In this document: piece after piece, positions 56,470 through 64,000 of the stretch
How the letters are laid out: each line of letters starts with the position of its first letter
How positions within the stretch are numbered: the first letter of the stretch is position 1
Source of the DNA: a bacterium
GTDB taxonomy: Bacteria; Patescibacteriota; Microgenomatia; Curtissbacterales; GWA2-41-24
Assembly (NCBI GenBank): GCA_021813945.1
Contig: JAKAJD010000002.1
Span: 241,719 to 305,718 of the forward strand
Length of the DNA stretch: 64,000 nucleotides
Reading direction: 5' to 3'
Position numbers and translations under genes: made by a program
Notes under the pieces: model-generated
Told to the model about the DNA's origin: nothing
Seen by the model: only the letters and a program-made list of their open reading frames with translations
Databases searched by the model: none

Positions 56470-57089
56470 ATAAACAGACATTAATCGTAATATTGGCGAT
56501 TTTAAGTTTTATATTAATTGTTGTTGGCGTTTCTGTCCTCCTTGCAAAAAATCAAGGCCAGCAGAGCGCAAATTCTCAAGAACATCATATGGGACAAACA
56601 CAAGAGTCCGCAGAAAAACTGAACGCATTAGTTGGAAAACCTGCACCGGATTTTACTTTGTATAGCTACGATAACAAGAAAGTGAGCCTTTCTGGCTATA
56701 AGGGCAAAAAGGTTGTCCTGTTTTTTACGGAAGGTGTGATGTGTTATCCGGCTTGCTGGAATCAAATAGTTGCTTTTGGCAAAGACAACATATTTAAAAA
56801 AGACGATACGGTTGTCTTAACAATTGTCGTAGACACCAAAAGCGAATGGGACAGGGCAGTTAAAAAGATGCCGGAGCTTTTGTCATCAGTAGTGCTTTTC
56901 GACGCCTCAAAAAGCGTTTCCGAACAGTACGGCGTCCTTGCCCTTGCATCATCGATGCACAAAGGACAATTTCCAGGACACACTTACCTCGTTCTGGATA
57001 AAGACGGAATTGTCAGGTATGTCTACGATGATCCGGCCATGGCAGTCAGGAATAGCGAGCTAAAAACGGAACTTGAGAAGCTAAATTAA
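56466..57089 (+). CDS. membrane-anchored redoxin (AhpC/TSA-like)
   Basis: APDFTL, CYPAC, DKDGIVRY. Confidence 0.85.
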   Translation: MNKQTLIVILAILSFILIVVGVSVLLAKNQGQQSANSQEHHMGQTQESAEKLNALVGKPAPDFTLYSYDNKKVSLSGYKGKKVVLFFTEGVMCYPACWNQIVAFGKDNIFKKDDTVVLTIVVDTKSEWDRAVKKMPELLSSVVLFDASKSVSEQYGVLALASSMHKGQFPGHTYLVLDKDGIVRYVYDDPAMAVRNSELKTELEKLN

Positions 57090-57544
57090 TAATCTACTGC
57101 AAATGGCTCGCCTAGGCCACTAAATTCGTTTATTGTAAGCTGATGTTTCCAAAATGGAGGATTTCCAAACTCAGCTTGTCCATTACTTTGAAAATATCCG
57201 CAGACCCTGGCAGAAACAGCTTTTGTAACCGAATTCGAAGTATTAAAGATAAAACTTTGGCCGGTCTTGTTAACAAGCCATGCTGAACCCTCAAATCTGT
57301 CCCCTGAAACACCAGTTTTTATGAAGGCAACATTGTTCCCTTCAATTACATAACCCTTCGTACATATGCGCCTGCCATCATATAGCTTCGAAAAACTAAT
57401 TAAATTAACAAGCACCACATTCTCAAAACCGCGTTTGCCTAAAAATGTACCGTACCTTTGCCAATTTAAAAGTCCGTATGCCACAATTATACATATGGCT
57501 ATTAATATAATAAGAATGGAGGTAAGCTTCATTGGCAATATCAA
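57086..57544 (-). CDS. membrane-anchored hypothetical protein (start possibly 57532)
   Basis: N-terminal TM, two Cys. Confidence 0.6.
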   Translation of the reverse strand: MILPMKLTSILIILIAICIIVAYGLLNWQRYGTFLGKRGFENVVLVNLISFSKLYDGRRICTKGYVIEGNNVAFIKTGVSGDRFEGSAWLVNKTGQSFIFNTSNSVTKAVSARVCGYFQSNGQAEFGNPPFWKHQLTINEFSGLGEPFAVDY

Positions 57545-58188
57545 AATTCCTAACTAAATATGACCCAATTCTCATTATAGTACTTATTCCTGTTGCTATT
57601 ATTGCATCAAACGTAACTATTTTGGCAACAAATTTCAATTTTTACACCAAAATTTATCAGGACAAAAATATTTATGACAATTTTTCAAATAAAAAGGTTC
57701 TAGAGGATGGGACACACAATCTCTTAGGGTATTTTAGAGGCAAAAATCTACTCGATCAAAATTTTTATTCAAGTCAAGCTACTAGACATTTGAAAGACGT
57801 AAAAAATTTACTCAACATTACAAAACTTGCAAGTTTTGTGCTTTTAATCTCAATCTTTCTTCTTTCTTTCTCTCTTTATTTAAAAAAGGCTTACAAAGCC
57901 TTAATCAGTTCATGGGTCAAAGGCGCACTTCTAACATTAATTTTTGTAGCTGTAATTTGCAGTCTTTTACTTTTAGATTTTCAAAAGTTGTTTTTCGATT
58001 TTCATTTAATCTTTTTTAGAAATAATGATTGGCTATTTGAACCAACAGACAATTTAGTAAAAATGTTCCCGCAGGAATTTTTTACGTCTTTTGCGCTTTA
58101 TCTTGCGGGCAATATAATAGCTACAACACTTTTTATTGCAATCTTCGCTCAGATTATAAAAAACATAAATGATAAGTCCGACAATTAA
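57532..58188 (+). CDS. DUF1461/TIGR01906-like membrane protein
   Basis: HL.DVK and F..FH.IFF.N..WLF...D.LV.MFP..FF. Confidence 0.82.
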   Translation: MAISKFLTKYDPILIIVLIPVAIIASNVTILATNFNFYTKIYQDKNIYDNFSNKKVLEDGTHNLLGYFRGKNLLDQNFYSSQATRHLKDVKNLLNITKLASFVLLISIFLLSFSLYLKKAYKALISSWVKGALLTLIFVAVICSLLLLDFQKLFFDFHLIFFRNNDWLFEPTDNLVKMFPQEFFTSFALYLAGNIIATTLFIAIFAQIIKNINDKSDN

Positions 58189-58927
58189 TATTGGCCCATT
58201 AACAATTCACTACTATGGAATAATTATTGCTTCAGCAACCTTCATCGGCTGGGCGCTTGCCAAATCAAGAGCGCCAAGATACAAAATCCCACAAGAAATT
58301 TTCGACGAACCGCAAATTTTGCTGGTGATAGGCCTCGCACTTGTCGGGGCAAGGATTTATCACGTTTTAGATTACTGGAAGTATTACATTCCAAATCCCA
58401 TATCTATTTTTTATATTACAAACGGTGGAATTGGCATATGGGGTGCACTTTTCGGAGGTCTTATTGGCCTATATCTCTTCACAAAACTTAAAAAGATTCC
58501 ACTTTTGGCTGCTCTCGATTTAATATCACCGTCACTAATCTTGGCCCAGGCAATCGGAAGGTTTGGAAATTATATAAACCAAGAAGGCTTCGGCCTCCCA
58601 ACCGACTTGCCCTGGGGCGTTTACATCGATCCTTCAAAGCGTCCATTGGGGTATCTTACTTATTCTCATTTTCAACCGACTTTTTTTTATGAAGCAGCTC
58701 TTGATTTTCTTATCTTTGCAATCCTAATTTACTTTTCCAGACGAACAAAAGCTCCAGGCAGAATATTCGCATTTTATCTTATCTTTTATTCATCTAGCCG
58801 ATTTTTTATCGAGTTTTTAAGAATAGATACTTGGACTGTTGGGACAGTCAAAATCGCCCAGGTAATTGCAATTTTAACTTTCTTTTTCGGTCTTAATTTA
58901 CTATTAAACCCAAAAAAGAGTTCTTGA
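58169..58927 (+). CDS. lgt: prolipoprotein diacylglyceryl transferase
   Basis: GAR.YHV, GG..I.G, AQAIGRFGN..NQE..G, PTF.YE, RF.IEF.R. Confidence 0.93.
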   Translation: MISPTINIGPLTIHYYGIIIASATFIGWALAKSRAPRYKIPQEIFDEPQILLVIGLALVGARIYHVLDYWKYYIPNPISIFYITNGGIGIWGALFGGLIGLYLFTKLKKIPLLAALDLISPSLILAQAIGRFGNYINQEGFGLPTDLPWGVYIDPSKRPLGYLTYSHFQPTFFYEAALDFLIFAILIYFSRRTKAPGRIFAFYLIFYSSSRFFIEFLRIDTWTVGTVKIAQVIAILTFFFGLNLLLNPKKSS

Positions 58928-58961
58928 CATAAATTAGCACTCATGGTATCCTGTCTGCTAA
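58924..58961 (+). promoter_or_regulatory. promoter with CIRCE-like (HrcA) element upstream of lon
   Basis: TTGACA-17-TATCCT overlapped by TTAGCACTC-N10-GTCTGCTAA. Confidence 0.7.
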
Positions 58962-59009
58962 ACCCCAATAAGGTATAATGTAAGTTCCAAAGAAAGGACG
59001 GCGATATTC

Positions 59010-61415
59010 TTGGACCAACAAAAACCAAGACTTAGAAACGAAATACCAATAGTACCCCTAAGAGACACAGTTGTCTTCCCGTCGTCTATGGTTCCAATCA
59101 CAGTTGGCAGACCTAAGGTTAAATTAGGCTTAGATAGTGCTTGGGCTAACGACAGATTGGCCGTTTTTGTTGCTCAAAAAAATCCCAGAATTGAAAACCC
59201 CGCACCGAATGATATCTACTCAGTTGGCACCGTAGGCCTTATAAGAAGACTCTGGAAAGTAGACAGCGAATATAACCTTGCCGTAGAAGGCTTAACTCGT
59301 GTTTATCTTAAGGAATTTAGTCAAATTGACCCATATGTTGCCGTAAAGGTTGAAGAAATACCTGAACTTTCTCAAAAAACTGAAGAGACAGAAGCTTTGT
59401 TTAGAAACACTCTCGCCAAAATTAAAAGGTACGGTGAATTGGGAGGAGTTCTAACTCTAGAATCCTCGATTCACATTTTCTCAACAGATGATCCAAACCA
59501 ATTGGTCAACATCGTCGCTGCTTCAATTGATCTAAAAACAAGCGACAAGCAGCAAATTTTGGAAATGGTTGATACAAAAGCCAGACTTCAAAGGCTCTCG
59601 GAACTTTTAACCCGTGAAATCAGAATATTGGAAATTTCATCCAAAATCGATACAGAAACACAGGAGCGAGTCGGCAAAGTTACAAAAGAAGCGATATTAC
59701 GCGAGAAGATGAAATCTATCGAAAAAGAGCTAGGGGAAGATGAAGACACCAGAGAAATTGCCGAGTTCAGAAAAAAAATTAGGGAAGCCGGCATGCCGGA
59801 CGATGTCAGAGAAAAAGCAGACAGGGAACTTTCCCGCCTTGCAAAGATGTCCTCATACAACCCGGAATCATCTTACATAAGAACCTATCTAGAGTGGCTG
59901 GTTGATCTCCCTTGGAAAATAAAAGACCACAAAAAGGCCGATGTAGAATTCGCAGCCAAAGTCTTAGATGAAGATCATTACGGCCTACCAAAAGTTAAAG
60001 AACGAATTCTTGAATATCTAGCTGTCCATAAATTAGTAGGTAAAATCCGCGGTCCGATACTTTGCTTCTACGGTCCGCCCGGTGTTGGTAAAACTTCAAT
60101 TGGCAAATCCATTGCTCGCGCGCTAGACCGCAAATTTATAAGAGTTTCTCTAGGCGGCATCCACGACGAAGCTGAAATCCGTGGACACAGAAGAACTTAT
60201 GTCGGTGCTCTTCCGGGCAGGATTATCCAAGGCATCAAAAACGCCAGCACAAAAAATCCGGTATTTATGCTTGACGAAATAGATAAAATCGGTACAGACT
60301 TCCGCGGAGATCCGTCATCCGCACTTCTTGAAGCGCTCGATCCGGAACAAAATAATCAATTTTCCGATCATTACCTTGAGGTGCCCTACGATCTTTCAGA
60401 TGTGATGTTTATTACAACTGCAAACGTTTTGGACACAATTCCTCCGGCCCTTCGTGACCGACTCGAGATAATTAATTTTGCAGGCTACACCGAAGAGGAA
60501 AAATTCCATATCGCCAAGAGATTTCTTGTCCCCAAACAAGTTGAAGCACACGGACTAAGTTCAAAAAATGTGGAAATTTCAGACGCAGCACTCCGGGAGA
60601 TAATAGCCAAATATACGCGAGAAGCCGGTGTGCGAGAACTCGAGCGAGAAATTGCAGCTGTCCTTAGAAAAGTAGCCAAAAAAGTTGCCGCCAAAGCAAA
60701 AGAGAAGAAGATAAAAATCAGCCCCAAAATGCTGCGCTCCTATCTGGGTGCACAGAAATTTTCTAAAGCAATTGCAGAAACCAAAGATGAAATCGGAATG
60801 TCCACAGGCCTTGCGGTAACAGGAGCAGGAGGCGAAATTCTATTTATAGAAGTCACGTTAATGCCCGGAAAAGGTCAGCTAATTCTCACTGGGCAGCTCG
60901 GCGAAGTTATGAAAGAATCGGCACAGGCCGCCCTTTCTTACGTCAAGTCGCGTGCAAAAATACTTGGACTACCGGAAAACTTTGCTCAAAAGACAGACAT
61001 TCATATACACGTTCCGGAAGGTGCAGTTCCCAAAGATGGCCCATCCGCAGGTATAGCAATAACAACGGCGCTTGTTTCTGCAATCACTAAAATTCCGGCC
61101 CGAAAAGAAGTCGGTATGACCGGGGAAGTTACGCTCCGAGGACGGGTACTAGAAATTGGTGGCCTAAAAGAAAAAGTTCTGGCAGCTCATAGGGCGGGTT
61201 TAACAACAATCATTTGTCCAAAAGCCAACGCCAAAGATTTAGATGAAATTCCCAAAAATGTTAGGCGCGATCTGCAGTTCATTTTTGCAGAACACATGGA
61301 TGAAGTATTAAAGGTTGCTTTAACACGGGCACTTCCAAAAGAAAAATCATCTGAAAAAACTGCAAAGGAAAAGAAATCTTCCCAAGAATTTCCGGTTTCT
61401 CAGCCGGCAGTTTAA
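59010..61415 (+). CDS. lon: ATP-dependent Lon protease
   Basis: [29 protein letters not shown]. Confidence 0.97.
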   Translation: MDQQKPRLRNEIPIVPLRDTVVFPSSMVPITVGRPKVKLGLDSAWANDRLAVFVAQKNPRIENPAPNDIYSVGTVGLIRRLWKVDSEYNLAVEGLTRVYLKEFSQIDPYVAVKVEEIPELSQKTEETEALFRNTLAKIKRYGELGGVLTLESSIHIFSTDDPNQLVNIVAASIDLKTSDKQQILEMVDTKARLQRLSELLTREIRILEISSKIDTETQERVGKVTKEAILREKMKSIEKELGEDEDTREIAEFRKKIREAGMPDDVREKADRELSRLAKMSSYNPESSYIRTYLEWLVDLPWKIKDHKKADVEFAAKVLDEDHYGLPKVKERILEYLAVHKLVGKIRGPILCFYGPPGVGKTSIGKSIARALDRKFIRVSLGGIHDEAEIRGHRRTYVGALPGRIIQGIKNASTKNPVFMLDEIDKIGTDFRGDPSSALLEALDPEQNNQFSDHYLEVPYDLSDVMFITTANVLDTIPPALRDRLEIINFAGYTEEEKFHIAKRFLVPKQVEAHGLSSKNVEISDAALREIIAKYTREAGVRELEREIAAVLRKVAKKVAAKAKEKKIKISPKMLRSYLGAQKFSKAIAETKDEIGMSTGLAVTGAGGEILFIEVTLMPGKGQLILTGQLGEVMKESAQAALSYVKSRAKILGLPENFAQKTDIHIHVPEGAVPKDGPSAGIAITTALVSAITKIPARKEVGMTGEVTLRGRVLEIGGLKEKVLAAHRAGLTTIICPKANAKDLDEIPKNVRRDLQFIFAEHMDEVLKVALTRALPKEKSSEKTAKEKKSSQEFPVSQPAV

Positions 61416-61464
61416 AGACTGTTGCAAATTCCTAAAAAAGTTTGTATGATTTCCAACTGTTACT

Positions 61465-63480
61465 GTGAACATTGCAAATCTTAATCCAGAACTGGCCCTG
61501 CCGTTTGCACTTGCTGCTTCCGTCGCGGCCATTTTATACGGTGTAATAACCTCTTTTAGGATTATTTCTCTCGACTCTGGTACGCCAAAAATGCGCAAAA
61601 TTGCAGACGCAATTGCAGAAGGCGCATCGGCTTATCTCACTCGTCAGTATTCCGTAATTACTGCAGTAGCGGTAGTAATCTTTGCAGCCATCACATATTT
61701 CATTTCACTGCAAACTGCAATCGGTTTTGCCATAGGAGCAATAGCATCCGGCGCATCCGGCTTTATCGGCATGAATATATCTGTTCGGGCAAACGTAAGA
61801 ACTACAGAAGCTGCCAGATCTGGTCTTGCAAAAGCTCTTTCAGTAGCGTTTTCCGGTGGATCCGTAACAGGTATGTTAGTCGTCGGCTTAGCTCTTCTTT
61901 CTGTCGCCGGTTATTACGGCGCAACAGGAGATGTACAAGGTTTAGTGGGACTCGGATTCGGAGGATCGTTAATTTCAATCTTCGCAAGGCTCGGCGGTGG
62001 TATTTATACAAAAGGCGCAGACGTAGGGGCGGATTTAGTAGGCAAAGCGGAGGCCGGAATTCCAGAAGACGACCCTAGAAACCCTGCAGTTATTGCCGAT
62101 AACGTTGGCGACAACGTTGGTGACTGTGCCGGTATGGCAGCGGATCTGTTTGAAACTTACGCTGTCACTATGGTTGCCGCAATGCTTTTAGGGTCCTTAA
62201 TCTTTCCAAATTCTTTAAGCGCGATTCTTTATCCGATTGCCCTTGGTGGCGTTGCAGTTATTGCATCAATTATTGCTAATTTCTTCGTAAAATTACCCAA
62301 AAATAAAAGTATAATGGGCGCTCTTTACGTAGGCTTAATTGTGGCAGCAGCTCTTGCTGCCCTTGGATTTTATCCTGCAACAGTTATTATGATGAATGCG
62401 AACGGCCTTTATAATCCAATTAATCTTTACTTTGCATCTTTAATAGGCATACTCGTCACTATCTTTATAGTTCTTATAACAGAATATTACACTGCAACAA
62501 AGTTTGGTCCTGTAAAAGGCATTGCCAAAGCTTCAACTACCGGCCACGCCACAAACATAATTGCCGGTCTTGCAACTGGGATGAGATCAACCTTTTGGCC
62601 GATTGTTGTTATTTGTGGTGGAATTTTGGCAGCATTTTCTCTTGCCGGTCTCTACGGTATTGCAGTTGCCGCCGTTTCTCTTCTTTCCTTAACCGGAATA
62701 GTTGTAGCGATCGATGCGTATGGACCAATAACAGATAACGCGGGTGGAATTGCTGAAATGGCCAATTTGCCGAAAGAAATTCGCGACGTCACAGACCCTC
62801 TGGATGCAGTTGGCAACACCACAAAAGCAGTCACTAAAGGTTATGCCATAGCCTCGGCAGCTCTAGCCGCACTCGTTCTTTTTGCGGCCTATTCTCAAGA
62901 GCTTGTCTCCAAAGGAGTATCAGTTGAATTCTCCCTGGCAGACCCCAAAGTTTTAATAGGCTTATTTATTGGGGCCTCATTACCATTTCTTTTTGCCTCC
63001 TTTGCTTTGGAAGCTGTTCAGGCAGCAGGAGGAGCAGTAGTTGAGGAAGTCAGAAGGCAGTTCAAAGAAATCCCGGGTATCCTGCAGGGAAAAAGTAAAC
63101 CGCAGTACGACAAAGCAGTAGATATTGTTACCAAAAAGGCGCTTAAACTTATGATCGCACCCGCCCTAATTCCGGTTATTGCGCCGCTTGTAGTTGGGAT
63201 TGGTCTTGGTCCAAAATCTTTAGGCGGACTTTTAATAGGAGCTGTTATCTCCGGTGTTTTTGTTGCGATTTCCATGACAACCGGCGGGGCAGCGTGGGAC
63301 AACGCCAAAAAATACATAGAAACAGGGGAATTTGGCGGTAAAGGTTCTGATGCTCACAAAGCAGCAGTTACCGGTGATACAGTAGGGGATCCATATAAAG
63401 ATACGGCTGGACCTGCAATAAATCCCATGATAAAGATTATAAATATCGTAGCCCTTTTGCTAATTCCATTCTTAATCTGA
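61465..63480 (+). CDS. hppA: membrane H+-translocating pyrophosphatase, K+-independent type
   Basis: [35 protein letters not shown]. Confidence 0.95.
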   Translation: MNIANLNPELALPFALAASVAAILYGVITSFRIISLDSGTPKMRKIADAIAEGASAYLTRQYSVITAVAVVIFAAITYFISLQTAIGFAIGAIASGASGFIGMNISVRANVRTTEAARSGLAKALSVAFSGGSVTGMLVVGLALLSVAGYYGATGDVQGLVGLGFGGSLISIFARLGGGIYTKGADVGADLVGKAEAGIPEDDPRNPAVIADNVGDNVGDCAGMAADLFETYAVTMVAAMLLGSLIFPNSLSAILYPIALGGVAVIASIIANFFVKLPKNKSIMGALYVGLIVAAALAALGFYPATVIMMNANGLYNPINLYFASLIGILVTIFIVLITEYYTATKFGPVKGIAKASTTGHATNIIAGLATGMRSTFWPIVVICGGILAAFSLAGLYGIAVAAVSLLSLTGIVVAIDAYGPITDNAGGIAEMANLPKEIRDVTDPLDAVGNTTKAVTKGYAIASAALAALVLFAAYSQELVSKGVSVEFSLADPKVLIGLFIGASLPFLFASFALEAVQAAGGAVVEEVRRQFKEIPGILQGKSKPQYDKAVDIVTKKALKLMIAPALIPVIAPLVVGIGLGPKSLGGLLIGAVISGVFVAISMTTGGAAWDNAKKYIETGEFGGKGSDAHKAAVTGDTVGDPYKDTAGPAINPMIKIINIVALLLIPFLI

Positions 63481-63492
63481 TTCACACGAAAA

Positions 63493-64000
63493 TTAATATA
63501 TAATCCTGCGGGGCGTATAAGTGGAAGTTGCTTCAGTTGGTGTAGGCTCAGGACTTGGTTCGTTAGTCACACTAGCGCCATTAGTTGCTTCTACCGCTTT
63601 TGTAATTTCAAATCTATTTTTTACACCCTGATCAATACTGTCAATTTCAAGGACCAAATTCTTAAAGGAACCTACTGCTTTCGAAAAATTCTCATCGAAA
63701 TCTTTATTGCCTTGAGGCCGCATATCATAAATTGCAAAAAGTAGTTTCTCTTGAACTCTTAAATCATCTGCCATTCTAGAAACCGTTGGCTCGACAGCTT
63801 GATTTTGAGATCTGGATTTTTCTATTTGCGAAATTACGTTTTGATTTCGATTGGCGTACCTTTTTAAATTGGAATTTGCTCTTTTTTCATCACCCTTTTT
63901 CAAAAGTAGATAAGTTTCTTTTAGCCTTTTTCCGGAAACCGCAAAATCAAACTTAGATCTCTCAACTGCTGAAGGCTGAAAAAATCTACTTACCGCTTCT
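63493..64000 (-). CDS. partial helical protein (DUF5667-like), 5' end outside the window
   Basis: Frame stays open from 63903 to the window edge (EAVSRFFQ...GKRLKE). Confidence 0.55.
   Translation of the reverse strand, partial: EAVSRFFQPSAVERSKFDFAVSGKRLKETYLLLKKGDEKRANSNLKRYANRNQNVISQIEKSRSQNQAVEPTVSRMADDLRVQEKLLFAIYDMRPQGNKDFDENFSKAVGSFKNLVLEIDSIDQGVKNRFEITKAVEATNGASVTNEPSPEPTPTEATSTYTPRRIIY

Noticed and set aside
284-63317. Numerous 60-140 aa antisense or alternate-frame ORFs in the track
   Set aside because: They overlap well-supported genes and carry no recognisable motifs
1-64000. Transposase, integrase, prophage or rRNA
   Set aside because: No DDE, HUH, recombinase, phage structural or rRNA signatures recognised

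Overview
A gene-dense, AT-rich bacterial chromosomal segment with almost no Shine-Dalgarno sites. Compact AspRS/GluRS, class II RNR, split transketolase and many orphan membrane proteins suggest CPR/Patescibacteria, Microgenomates-like (inference, not a database match). Housekeeping content: cca, recJ, aspS, gltX, a lysine operon (dapL-lysA-lysC-dapB-dapA-asd, no dapF), partial riboflavin genes, nrdR-nrdJ plus a cobalamin adenosyltransferase, a CsoR copper operon, lgt, lon, hppA and tRNA-Gln(CTG). The most interesting unannotated signals: (1) a leaderless 26-aa Leu-rich leader peptide with a complete four-segment attenuator in front of a SAM methyltransferase; (2) an MshB-like deacetylase coupled to an MshC-like cysteine ligase, a candidate mycothiol-like thiol pathway; (3) a family of 13-bp REP-like palindrome doublets, two of them translated in frame inside enzymes; (4) a Crp-family regulator and an HD/PDE-like gene with two TGTTC-N6-GAACA boxes, one at -41.5; (5) a HEPN-motif gene at the tRNA 3' end; (6) widespread leaderless promoter architecture. 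No rRNA, CRISPR array, transposase or integrase was seen. All calls come from reading motifs by eye; no searches were run.
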